Below the pieces are notes generated by a model that was not told the DNA's origin, made no database searches, and worked only from the letters and a program-made list of their open reading frames with translations. Positions 24,197-37,448 of a DNA stretch of 64,000 nucleotides are shown here, in pieces. A program made the translations under genes and the position numbers. Origin of the DNA: Eledone cirrhosa. Lineage: Eukaryota. Where the stretch lies: positions 357,120,001 to 357,184,000 of the forward strand of contig OZ024743.1 of NCBI GenBank assembly GCA_964016885.1, written 5' to 3'. Every line of letters starts with the position of its first letter. Within the stretch, counting starts at the first letter, position 1.

Positions 24197-24859
24197 GAGG
24201 AGGTTATACATGCGGTGTGCAGACAACAGTCTGGACTGAGACCGACACTGTACAAATGGTGATGCTACCAGATCAACAAGGCGAGGAAAATATTGAGATA
24301 AAAGAAGTTCGTCATTTTGAGGGGGGGGGGGGGGGTGACTAAAATAGTAAGTTTAGGAAACTGATGCGCATGAAACACAAGCTAAGCAAAGTAAGTTATA
24401 GTGCAACATGTGTAAAATAGAGACAACCAGATTGCGATTCTTATTGAGAGCGGAGTACAATGTTTCTTCCATCTTTGGTCAATATGAGACGGTGGGAATT
24501 ATGTAACATTACTGATTGTCGTCGGTGAGGAGATTATGCATCGTTCGAGCATGTCAGTCAACCCTTTCAGAGTGTGTTGGTTACGTAAACTATATCGTGA
24601 TTTTAGTATCATTGTTGGTGCAGCAAAGTTAATGCAATGAAAATAAACACCAAATTGCACTTTGTTGTTTTCTGCAAAAGGACAATGCATGACGGTAAAG
24701 AAAGAAAATCCAAGACCCGACCTTCTGAATGGCTTTAATGACTGGAAGATGTAAGTGGATTGATTAAAAGTACGCATTCATATTCCAAAGCCGTAACGAA
24801 GCGAATATCTGAACTTATGGCATAGTTTTACTTGACAAAAAATGTTATGATTGATTAGT

Positions 24860-25370
24860 TGACAGTGAGTTGGGAGGGTAATATAGAGTGGACACATGAA
24901 AAGAAGAGCCTAAAATATAAAAGACATGGGGAATCGCGTGAAACCTGAGGATGGAAGTGTACGGTGTTTCCAGTAGAAGTGGAATGTGGTATATTAGTAA
25001 CTAGATCCACAATATCCTTAGGACTTAAGGAACGATAGCAAACCAGTGGTTTGCGAACTGAGAGATAAACAGAAACCCCCATCCTCTAGGATTTGGCATA
25101 GGCCTGTTACAGAAAGACTAAAGTAAAACAAATTAGTTGTCATATGGTTGGAGTGGTTACTGCTACACTCAGCTTGGTGTTGTGGCTGTGTAGATATGTA
25201 TGTATGATCCCGGAACTCCTGATAGAGTTGTAGGGGCGCCGTATTGACATATGGCGTTTCTTGGACATTTTAAGCCTGGCAGAGCCCATTCCTCTCCAGG
25301 CCTGAATACAGCAGATTTCTTCCTGAGAAAGATAGAAAGTGAGAGAGAGGAAATGAGCAAGAGATATAGA
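24860..25370 (-). mobile_element. Highly decayed CR1/Jockey-group LINE 3' region
   Basis: Weak peptide resemblance (CYR..DLV..STGNT.H.HP..FF..LP); adjacent PILEY fragment at about 25540-25600. Confidence 0.3.
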
Positions 25371-25374
25371 GGAA

Positions 25375-25532
25375 GAATCAACCCCAGTACTAAACTGGTA
25401 CTTTTTTTTATCGACCTCAAAAGGATGAAAGGCAAAGTTGACCTCGGCGGGATTGGAACTCAGAGAGCAGAGAACCGGAACGAATGACATAATGCAATCT
25501 ATCCGACGTTCTAACGACTCTGCCAATTCGTC
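25375..25532 (-). mobile_element. Older S1-related SINE
   Basis: ggatgaaaggcaaagttgacctcggcgggattggaactc...ctgccaat. Confidence 0.8.
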
Positions 25533-25729
25533 CCCTGCCGTATAGATAACGGGGTGAGAAATCGTACTCCAGTATGGGCCAGGGGAACTTGGACATTCCT
25601 TTGTGCGATACCGTCGTAAGGTTCCGAAGTCGCTGTAATCTCCAGTCGGCAGCTGGTGAGGAGTGTATCTTGCGATGCAAGTGGCTTCATTATATATCTA
25701 TGTATATATGCGTGTGTGTATGTGTTTGT

Positions 25730-25784
<55 letters not shown>

Positions 25785-26019
25785 TGAGTGCATTTGTGCA
25801 CGTGCATGTACGTTTGTGCTACCACCACCTCGCCTATCTCCACCACCACACCTCATTACGCTTCTCCTTCTATCCATATATCCACCCAAATGGTTTTTAT
25901 TAAATACCTCTAGTTAATCTCGAAGATTCTGTCATAAGGTGTGGTCCTTGTTTGTTTTCTCTGTGGGAATTTCTTCCTTTTTTTATAATTCATTTAATAT
26001 ATTTTTCTTATTTTTGTCC

Positions 26020-26400
26020 AGAGAGAGAGAGAGGGGAGGGGGGACAATGGGCGGAGGGAAAGAAAGAGGGAGAACGAGAGAGAGAGTAAAAGTGACTCGA
26101 GGGGCGGACGGGAAGAAAGAGGGAGAACGAGAGAGAGAGTAAAAGTGAGACGAGGGGCGGAGGGGAAGAAAAAGGGAGTACGAGAGAGAGGGGGGGGGGA
26201 CAATGGGCGGAGGGAAAGAAAGAGGGAGAACGAGAGAGAGAGTAAAAGTGAGACGAGGGGCGGAGGGAAAGAAAGAGGGGGAACGAGAGAGAGAGAGAGT
26301 AAAAGTGAGACGAGGGGCGGAGGGAAAGAAAGAGGGAGAACGAGAGAGAGAGAGAGAGTAAAAGTGAGTCGAGGGGCGGAAGGGAAGAAAAAGGGAAAGA
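26020..26400. repeat. Purine-rich minisatellite (about 50-bp units)
   Basis: Repeated gagagtaaaagtgagacgaggggcggagggaaagaaagagggagaac. Confidence 0.85.
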
Positions 26401-27093
26401 GTCGTATACAAACACACGTGCAAAAATACACACATACACAAACTCAGGCACACATACATTTGTGCTGACAAAAGTATGCCGTCGATATAAACCAGCTACC
26501 GATTTATTAGCAGATTATGTATGTATGTAAACCACAATGTCGTGACTGTATATCACTTCGTACATTGTGCTCTGTTTCGTCACTCAGGTCAATGTGTGTG
26601 CTTATATGTCTTGTATATATGTTGCTTTCTGATACGAATGGTTAAATGTATGTGTACTGTGTGTGTGTGTGTGTGTACGCCAACAAGTGACTGATTACAT
26701 GTGTGGGTGTGCTTGTCTATGTGGGTGTGTTTGTCTGTGTGGGTGTAGATGTTGCTGTATGCACGTGTTTTTGCGTATACTACTAACAGCTGTGTCCGTG
26801 AGAGAGAAGCGAGAATGCGAATGCATTTCTCCTTCTCTTATATCTACTGGACCTTCAGTAACTGTGTTGTAATTCATCTATACACATATACACACATGAA
26901 AAGATATATAACAGCTGTTTCAGCAGGCATAACGCATTCTCTCATTCTATTTACCCATCCACCCTGTCTATTTATTTATCCATCCTATTTCTATCTATCA
27001 CATCACATCTCTCATTTCCTCCGCACCCCCCCCCCCCTCTCTCTCTCTGCGTGTGTATGTGCGTATTGACATCGTTACATGTCTGGATTATTC

Positions 27094-27249
27094 TAGACAA
27101 TCGACGGACGACGTTATAACAGTTATTTCACTCATGATTGGCCGTCATATATATATAAGCAGAACCGTCCATGCGTGCAAACAATTCTTATTCGCATCTA
27201 ACCGGATCTGCTTGGAATAACTCTTATAACGCCGTCCGTAGATTGTCTA
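27094..27249. repeat. MITE-like inverted repeat
   Basis: tagacaatcgacggacgacgttataacagttatt (27094-27127) vs aataactcttataacgccgtccgtagattgtcta (27216-27249). Confidence 0.6.
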
Positions 27250-27432
27250 CGAAAATGAGGGTATGAAACTCCGAGCAACGACGATCTAGGCCATATCCTG
27301 TCTTAAATCAATATATAAATACTTCCCACTACACCTGTATCAAATATTGTTTATGATTCATGCACATTTTTTCACAGTGTAATTCTTTTATTCTTTTACT
27401 GGTTTCAGTCATGAGACTGTGGCCATATATAC

Positions 27433-27496
<64 letters not shown>

Positions 27497-27497
27497 A

Positions 27498-27600
27498 TGT
27501 AAAAGGTAAACAGAAATAACAAAACAAACGGCACAGTATATGGAAGGAATATATTAGTTTAAAGCTTGGAATAGCAGGAAGAGGGTCTTAACGTTTCGGA
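27498..27600 (-). mobile_element. Family J 3' fragment
   Basis: Matches 23479-23578, ends inside the hammerhead. Confidence 0.75.
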
Positions 27601-27616
27601 GAATGATACGGTACAA

Positions 27617-27661
<45 letters not shown>

Positions 27662-27790
27662 CAAAGGGATATTTAATTTGTTGGTAATTCAACAAATATA
27701 TTTATAACAGATTCGAAGCACTCGACAAATTTTCTGGAGTATAATATCAATGATATTAATAAATGGAAACTATATTTATAAAACCATATT

Positions 27791-27851
27791 TATTCTATTA
27801 TATATATTTCAAGGGTACCAAAACTTTGGTACGCTCTCATCAGATAAAATA
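27791..27851 (-). ncRNA. Hammerhead (family K)
   Basis: Mirror of 27924-27984. Confidence 0.78.
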
Positions 27852-27923
27852 CACTATCCAAATGGAACTTGAACCGTTAAGGTCTGATTCCTGGGTATGT
27901 CACTATTTATAAAACAAACTTTG

Positions 27924-27984
27924 TATTTTATCTGATGAGGGCGTACCAAAGTTTTGGTACTCTTGAAATATATATAATAGAATA
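27924..27984 (+). ncRNA. Hammerhead (family K)
   Basis: UAUUUUAU-CUGAUGA-..GUACCAAA/UUUGGUAC..-GAAA-UAUAUA-UA|AUAGAAUA. Confidence 0.8.
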
Positions 27985-28023
27985 AATTTGGTTTTATAAA
28001 TATAATTTCCATTTATTAATATC

Positions 28024-28077
<54 letters not shown>

Positions 28078-28085
<8 letters not shown>

Positions 28086-28511
28086 GTTTAACAAGGTTCA
28101 ATGAATTCATCAATGAATAAAGTTTCACAATAGATTAGAAGCACTCTACAAAGGGTTTTCAGAAAGGTATGCATATATTATTATTATTTAAATTTTTAAC
28201 AGTTATGTAAGTTTATGTATTATATATTATTAGTTATTTATTATTATATATCTTTATACACATTCTCATACGCACCCTCTGTATTATATGTAATTTTTCA
28301 TGTTTCAACTTAAGGTATATAAATATTGAGTTATGTCATAACTAATCACTGCCATGACTGAATTATAACCATCAACATAGTCAGGGTATGTCAGGCATCA
28401 ACTTAATTTATCTGATGAGAACGTACTGTTGAAATAGCTCAGTTCCTCTGAAATATGTATAATAAAATATATTTGATCACATGAATGTCTATATTTATTA
28501 ATATTTTGAAG

Positions 28512-28514
<3 letters not shown>
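28078..28514. mobile_element. Family C copy 2 (short form)
   Basis: Ends homologous to 3011-3076 and about 4690-4972. Confidence 0.8.
28407..28466 (+). ncRNA. Hammerhead (family C)
   Basis: UUUAU-CUGAUGA(28412)...GAAA-UAUGUA-UA|AUAAA. Confidence 0.6.
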
Positions 28515-28563
<49 letters not shown>

Positions 28564-28568
<5 letters not shown>

Positions 28569-28762
28569 AACAAGTAAGACCCCGACGGCTGAGCTCAAGC
28601 CGTTTCGACGGCTAATTCTGGAATTAGTCTAGAATTAGCCGTCGAAACGGCTTGAGCTCAGCCGTCGGGGTCTTACTTGTTCCTATTACCCACTCTACTA
28701 CCCTAAGTATTGAGTACTTTGGTGCGTTATGGTCCACCTGGTTCCTTACCACATTTCCTTAT
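28564..28762 (+). mobile_element. Family D copy 2 fold-back
   Basis: About 59-bp near-perfect arms; GAAACGGCU-ugagcuc-AGCCGUC; GAGTACT at 28712-28718. Confidence 0.85.
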
Positions 28763-28773
28763 ATATATATATG

Positions 28774-28821
<48 letters not shown>

Positions 28822-28823
<2 letters not shown>

Positions 28824-29020
28824 TGTCTACTAGACTGTTTCATTCGTATGAAATAATCTGGAATGTCAGAAAATCATCAGAATATTCCTGATAACTTTAT
28901 TCGAATGAAACTTATCTAGTCATGAAGTCGTTTCTATATAAAATGCTCATCCTCCACTAACGTATAGTACCTTAGTTAACTGTGTTTCTTTTCTCGATCC
29001 CCTTTCGAACACCATTCATA
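28822..29020 (+). mobile_element. Diverged family E-like fold-back
   Basis: actagactgtttcattcg.. vs ..cgaatgaaacttatctagt; tail resembles the E tail. Confidence 0.55.
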
Positions 29021-29027
29021 ATATATA

Positions 29028-29247
29028 TAAGAGATGTCAACATGAAATGACCTGTTATTTTTATCTAAAGACATTTTTTCCAATTCCAACCCGCCCGTCC
29101 CTTCAATCTATCTTATTTCTCATTCTTTCTTCTGATGAGGGACTAGCGTCCGAAACGTTAAGGCCCTCTTCCTGCTATTTGAAGTGTTAAACTAACATAT
29201 TCCTTCCATATACTGTACCGATTGTGTTATTATTTCTGTTTACCTTA
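29028..29247 (+). mobile_element. Family J copy 2
   Basis: Homolog of 23479-23700, TA-flanked. Confidence 0.8.
29128..29163 (+). ncRNA. Minimal hammerhead (family J)
   Basis: UCUU-CUGAUGA-g-GGAC-uagc-GUCC-GAAACGUU|AAGG. Confidence 0.72.
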
Positions 29248-29409
29248 TATATATATATATATGTTTGTGTGCGTGTATCTGAGTATCTATATTTGTTTAT
29301 GTCACGTAACCTAGCGGCTCAATGAAAGGAGATCGATAAATTAAAAACCAAAGACTCGTTATGATAGACTAAAATCCTATCATGATGTCGCTCTACAAAG
29401 AATTATACA

Positions 29410-29679
<270 letters not shown>

Positions 29680-29786
29680 TAGAATTTCTGCCGGACCGGC
29701 AACCGCTCTTTCAAACCAGTTCCTGTACACAGCTAAGTATTCTATAAGTCTCTAGCTGTGTCATTCTCGATAAAAGCACTGGATAT

Positions 29787-29829
29787 GTAGTCCTGATGAT
29801 TTCTAACAAGAATGAAACGCGTAGATTAC
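29787..29829 (+). ncRNA. Minimal hammerhead (family L, unit 1)
   Basis: GUAGUC-CUGAUGA-u-UUCU-aaca-AGAA-u-GAAA-CGCG-UA|GAUUAC; stem I extended by 16-bp helix 29763-29778/29836-29851. Confidence 0.88.
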
Positions 29830-30096
29830 TTCCCTTGCTTTTATCGAGAATCTAATTGTAATACGTGACGTATTCTATTCTATAGCGATTAGGTCTTCAA
29901 AATGTTTATTATAAACATACAGAATATTTTCGAATATTCTATGTCTATATTCACATATATATCGCTATTTCAGAGCATTTATTCCAATTTCTAATTTCTG
30001 CCGGACCGGCAACCGCTCTTTCAAACCAGTTCCTGTACACAGCTAAGTATTCTATAAGTCTCTAGCTGTGTCATTCTCGATAAAAGCACTGGATAT

Positions 30097-30139
30097 GTAG
30101 TCCTGATGATTTCTAACAAGAATGAAACGCGTAGATTAC
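30097..30139 (+). ncRNA. Minimal hammerhead (family L, unit 2)
   Basis: Identical copy 310 nt downstream. Confidence 0.88.
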
Positions 30140-30296
30140 TTCCCTTGCTTTTATCGAGAATCTAATTGTAATACGTGACGTATTCTATTCTATAGCGATT
30201 AGGTCTTCAAAATGTTTATTATAAACATACAGAATATTTTCGAATATTCTATGTCTATATTCACATATATATCGCTATTTCAGAGCATTTATTCCA

Positions 30297-30491
<195 letters not shown>

Positions 30492-30829
30492 AACATACAA
30501 TTCTAGAACTATTTCAGTATTGATTACAGCTAATGTTTGTTTCTTTACCGTTCTCCTATCATTACCACCATCATTACCAGCTGTTTCCCTTTCCATCACC
30601 ACCAACAGCATCAGTTGCCTTCCCTCCCATACCCACAACTATTACTGCCACCATCACCGCTACCACTACCATCACCACCAGCGCTACCACCGTTACTACC
30701 ACCATTACTACCACTATCAACAGACTAATTAGGAATCCAATCTATCGACCAAAGTATCATCTGTATCTGGTTTACACCCATCCCATCCCACTCAGATAAC
30801 ACGATATGCTTACAATCTCTCTCTCTCTC

Positions 30830-30882
<53 letters not shown>

Positions 30883-31199
30883 TTTACCATCTTCTACATC
30901 TCTCCTCTCTATTTATCCCACACCTTACATTCCACACTTTAAATGTCCGTCTCCCCTATATATTTTTTACCGCTCTTCTTTCTTTCTTTCTTTCGCATAC
31001 ACACACTCTTTCTCTCTCTCCCTCACTCTCACCCACTCACACATACACACTTTCTCTTTCTCTCACTTTCACACACACGCTCTCCCCCATTCTTTGTATT
31101 ACCTTTAGTTATCATCACTTTCTCCCCCGCCCCAACTTTTCTCTATTTCACACAGTAAAACTAACTACCTGTGTGCTGAATTATGAATTAACACTAAAT

Positions 31200-31402
31200 T
31201 GATTTCAAATGTAGGCAGAATGCCAGCAAATTTGGGGTAAAAGTTACGTTCATTAAATCAACCTTAGTACTTGACTGGTATTTTGCTGATCCCAGAAGCA
31301 TGAAAAACAAAACTGACCTCGATGAGAGTTGAACTCACACTGTAAAGAGCCGGAACAAATACGACACTGGTATTTTATCCGATGCTCTGCCAGTTCTGCC
31401 AC
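31200..31402 (-). mobile_element. Old S1-related SINE
   Basis: Degenerate core and B box (ttgaactc). Confidence 0.6.
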
Positions 31403-31699
31403 TAAGATTGCCAGCGTAGAGTTTTCTTCAAGTGCTTAGTAGAGTAATTAAAGTTGTGGGTTTAAGTCCTGCCAGGTGATCGTCTTCTTCTATTCCCCTC
31501 CTTCTCTCTGTACCAGAAGGACTGAATACCTTATTTAATTGTATACAATGTATACCCAATCTGTAAATTATGTACAATTGCTACTAATTTCTTTCTCTCC
31601 TTTCTGTGTAAACCCTATCTTCATGTAACTTGTTTTTGTAATGTCTCCCTCATCCATGTCAGGTTGTCAGTGCTAGCGTGTGTATTGGAGTCTCCCATC

Positions 31700-32230
31700 A
31701 GCATATGTGACTCAGCATTCGGTAATCAAAAGAAAGGAGGTCGGTGTAAAAGCCAAGCTCTCTATCTTCAATTTTGGTATTCCCACCAACCCTTACCTAT
31801 GGCCATGAATCTTGGGCAATGACCAAAAGAACACGATCGCGAATACAAGCGGTCGAAATGGGGTTCCTCTGAAGGATCTTTGGAGTAACGTTACTCGATA
31901 GTGTGCATAGCTCAGAGATCGTAAGTTCGCTCTAGGTAAAGACGCTACTTCTCCGAATTGAGGGATTACAGCCCTCGATTCGATTGGCATGTGGTTAGAA
32001 TATCTCAGGAAAGAATCGCTGGATAGATTTTACGGGCAAAACCAACCGGCAGGAGACTCAGGGGTAGAACCCAAGCAAGATGGTTGGATAACATCCATGA
32101 CTTCGGTTGTTTCGCTTAGGGATCCAGTCGGATCAATTACAAACTGTTGCTTCTAGCATAACCCACCGGAAAGAGTGTTTGAGGACTCTGCTCCGCGAGC
32201 CTCCTGGCAAAGACAACGAAGAGGAATTGT
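31700..32230 (+). mobile_element. Decayed RTE-clade LINE 3' fragment
   Basis: PTLTYGHESWAMTKRTRSRIQAVEMGFL*R. Confidence 0.8.
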
Positions 32231-32506
32231 GCAGCAGTCGGCTATACGTACAACCATCTATTCAGTAGTTATTTACAGTTATCTAAAAGTGAACCTGTGA
32301 GAATTCTATATCTCTTTTAAGGAGACGGGACATCGGTCGTTGATGATGAAATACAAAATTTACAAAATTTATTGATAGTCATTTATTAAAAACATTAGGG
32401 CACATACATAGACAAAGCCACAGACAGTTATACATCTATATAAATATATATATATATATGAACTATCTACCTACATCTGACTTCTATTTTTATTGTTCTA
32501 TGCACA

Positions 32507-32667
<161 letters not shown>

Positions 32668-32668
32668 G

Positions 32669-32775
<107 letters not shown>

Positions 32776-33011
32776 AATCGATCGATGTAGTATTTGTAGA
32801 AAATCGATTTATTTAGAATAGCTCGATCAACACTCAATGAGAATACACGAAATTGATTTATTGTTTCAGAGTGGTGGCAATTAATTAATTATTCAATTTT
32901 ATAGGGACTGTGACAGAATGCAAAGACACCATCTCAACTCTATACAAAAGACAACAACAAATACACAGAATTAAAACATTGTACATGTATATATATAATA
33001 ATAATAATAAT

Positions 33012-33220
33012 AATTTCTTATATAGGCACAAGGCCAGTAATTTGGGGGAGGGGATTAAATCGACCCCAGTACATTACTGGTGCTTTATTTTATGGACCCC
33101 GTAAGGATGAAAGGCAAAGTTAACCTCGGCGGGATTTGAACTCAGATCATAAAGGGTCGTAACTCTATGCTGCAAAGCATGGCATCTGTCCCTCCTACCG
33201 ATACTGCCAATCCACCGCCC
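33012..33220 (-). mobile_element. S1-related SINE
   Basis: Reverse copy flanked by (AAT)n. Confidence 0.85.
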
Positions 33221-33381
33221 TATAATAATAATAACTATAGTACCAGGAAAAACAGGAATAACAAGGCTGGAAGAATTGGTCAGAAGGAGAAATTTATTGA
33301 GAGTTCGTTCCTTAACATATGTTTCTGTACACCTGATTCACACAAACGAAATTTAATTTGACTTATCTTCATAAACACACT

Positions 33382-33415
<34 letters not shown>

Positions 33416-33638
33416 GTATATATATGATGGGGATTTAGATTGATACAGTGCTAAAAGCATAGAAGGCATCGCAACCATTACGACCTTGTTTCCTGCAGTT
33501 CTGCTCAAAGGCAACACAAGCGAAGAGCTCTGTCCCAGAGCAAACTCATTGCGATATGTTCACAGGAAAACAATACCCCAATAGAACATTGGGCTAGTAA
33601 GAACCTCCAAAAATCTAAGAATTTTAACAATTTAATAA

Positions 33639-33717
<79 letters not shown>

Positions 33718-33720
<3 letters not shown>

Positions 33721-33926
33721 AGGTGCAAGTTAATTGTGTGTGTGTTAAGGTGCAAGTTAATTGGGGAGCAGAGTATCAATAGCATATTAAAACATATCTG
33801 AGGAGCTTCCGATTCCAGAGTCAGGTTCAGGTTCGATCATTAATAGATCGTTCCTCGAGCTGATCGACAGTGAAACATATGTAATATGTAATACATATGT
33901 ATATGATGCAACTCTGATTCTTTATT

Positions 33927-33931
<5 letters not shown>
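33718..33931. mobile_element. Family N copy 1 (minus-strand tail joined to plus-strand hammerhead arm)
   Basis: Both parts match the colinear copy at 56297-56480. Confidence 0.75.
33792..33889 (+). ncRNA. Hammerhead with long stem II (family N)
   Basis: ACAUAU-CUGAGGA-(67 nt)-GAAA-CAUAUG-UA|AUAUGU. Confidence 0.65.
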
Positions 33932-33972
<41 letters not shown>

Positions 33973-33977
<5 letters not shown>

Positions 33978-34687
33978 ACGTTAAGACGGGCGTTCGTGAA
34001 AGTGAAAGTAAATTTTTTGACAAGTGAATTTTTTTTTTTTTTTTTTTAAATGAAAGTTACGATACACACGCAATTGTATGGATTTCTTTAAATATATATA
34101 TGTGTGGGTGTGTATATGTGTGTGTATATGTGTGTACACTGTGAATTTGTTTGTTTATTTACAACAGGTCTCTATAGTGATATGGTGTTAATTAGTATTG
34201 CGTGTGTGATTATTTTTTCTTTTTCTTTTTTTGTGTATTGTGTGTACGGAATTTAAAAAAAAAAAATAATGACATTTGGTGCCAACAACTTTGGCAAGAT
34301 ATTACAAAAACATCTAAACGATGATGATGACACAAACACATATATATATATATATATATATATACAAACACACATATATATATATACATACAGACACACA
34401 TATATATACACACATATACACACCCACACATATATATATGAGAAAAAATAATCACACACGCAATATTAATTAACACCATATCACTATAGAGACCTGTTGT
34501 AAATAAACAAACAAATTCACAGTGTACACACATATATACACACATATACACACCCACACATATATATATTTTAAGAAATCCATACAATTGCGTGTGTATC
34601 GTAACTTTCATTGTCAAAAAACAAACAAACAAATTCACTTGTCAAAAAATTTACTTTCACTTTCACGAACGCCCGTCTTAACGTATG

Positions 34688-34689
<2 letters not shown>
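33973..34689. mobile_element. Family O: long-TIR fold-back DNA element in (TA)n
   Basis: About 250-bp TIRs 33973-34219 and 34441-34689, symmetric ends GGCATACGTTAAGACGGGCG; no tail or hammerhead. Confidence 0.8.
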
Positions 34690-34736
<47 letters not shown>

Positions 34737-34745
<9 letters not shown>

Positions 34746-35150
34746 TAAACGGAATAGAAAATGCTGACAAATTGTTCACAGTTGAAAAATGGTTTAATTA
34801 GGAATAAAAGAGTATTAGTGATTGTATGGGTTAGTATTCAGTTGTGGTTTTAAGTTTTTAAGTTTTTACCGGTTGCGCATTTCTAAATGCTTTTCAAAAA
34901 TAATTTTGAGACAGATCAGAGCAAACAGCACGGACACTCTATCTCAAAATTATTTTTGAAAAGCATTTAGAAATGCGCAACCGGTAAAAACTTAAAAACT
35001 TAAAACCACAACTGAATACTAACCCATACAATCACTAATACTCTTTTATTCCTAATTAAACCATTTTTCAACTGTGAACAATTTGTCAGCATTTTCTATT
35101 CCGTTTACCAATATATAATAACTTGTGTGTTACACCTCTATTCTTTTAAC
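34737..35150 (+). mobile_element. Family P fold-back with tail
   Basis: About 175-bp perfect arms 34737-34911 and 34942-35116, about 35-nt tail, TA flanks; GAAA-UGCGCA present. Confidence 0.75.
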
Positions 35151-35199
35151 TATATATATATATATGTATGTATGTTTGTGTGTGTGTTTGTGTGCGCGC

Positions 35200-35833
<634 letters not shown>

Positions 35834-35840
35834 TATATAT

Positions 35841-35873
<33 letters not shown>

Positions 35874-36027
35874 TTAAATATATATATACATATATATATA
35901 TGTAGGAGGTGAGTTTTATTGTAGTACAATAAAGCAATGCAGATATCGGATAAGAAGCACTCTACAGTTCGTGGGACTGGAGTATACATAATATATAAGA
36001 ACAAAAGATGGTTAAAGGAGTTCCATG

Positions 36028-36098
36028 TATTTTATTATGCGCATTTCAAAAACAAATATCATCAGGCAATAATATTTGTGTTTTCATCAGATAAAACA
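36028..36098 (-). ncRNA. Hammerhead (family B)
   Basis: tcatcag at 36084-36090 with the same stems and loop as 2762-2832. Confidence 0.8.
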
Positions 36099-36186
36099 GG
36101 AGGACATGATATGAAGGCTAAAAAACACTTGTGGATAGTTCAGTTTTAAATCAACATATCATATTAGCCTTCATATCATGTCCTCC

Positions 36187-36255
36187 TGTTTTATCTGATG
36201 AAAACAAATATTATTGCATGATGATATTTGTTTTTGAAATGCGCATAATAAAATA
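36187..36255 (+). ncRNA. Hammerhead (family B)
   Basis: UGUUUUAU-CUGAUGA(36195)..GAAA-UGCGCA-UA|AUAAAAUA. Confidence 0.82.
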
Positions 36256-36292
36256 CATGAAACTCCTTTAATCATCTTTTGTTCTTATATAT

Positions 36293-36558
<266 letters not shown>

Positions 36559-36578
36559 TACATATATATATATAGATA

Positions 36579-36621
<43 letters not shown>

Positions 36622-36671
36622 GTATAGATAGATACATATATATATATATAGATACATATATATATATATAG

Positions 36672-36736
<65 letters not shown>

Positions 36737-37039
36737 TATATATATATATACATATATATATACACACACATATATGTACATATATATACACACACATATA
36801 TATACATATATATACACACACACATATATATACATATATATACACACACACATATATATACATATATATACACACACATATATATATATACATATATATA
36901 CACACATATATATATACACACATATATATATGCATATATGTATATATATATACAATTATATATATATATACATATACACATATATGTATATATACACACA
37001 CATATATATATATATAAATATATATATGTATATATATAC

Positions 37040-37090
<51 letters not shown>

Positions 37091-37138
37091 TGTATATATA
37101 CATATACATATATATATGTATATATATATATGTATATA

Positions 37139-37174
<36 letters not shown>

Positions 37175-37252
37175 ATATATACGTATATATATATATACAA
37201 ACACATATATATACATACATATACACACACATTTATATATATATATAAACAC

Positions 37253-37304
<52 letters not shown>

Positions 37305-37388
37305 CGACAGATAAATCCACTCATCAAATAACCATATATATAGATCCACTCAGTGAACCATAAATTCTTATTCAATTTGAAGCATTTA

Positions 37389-37448
<60 letters not shown>

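Larger units (their letters stand above)
27659..28026 (-). mobile_element. Family K copy 1 fold-back
   Basis: Arms about 27749-27853 and 27922-28026; tail on minus with AGCACTC (27717-27723); homolog at 58476-58849. Confidence 0.85.
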
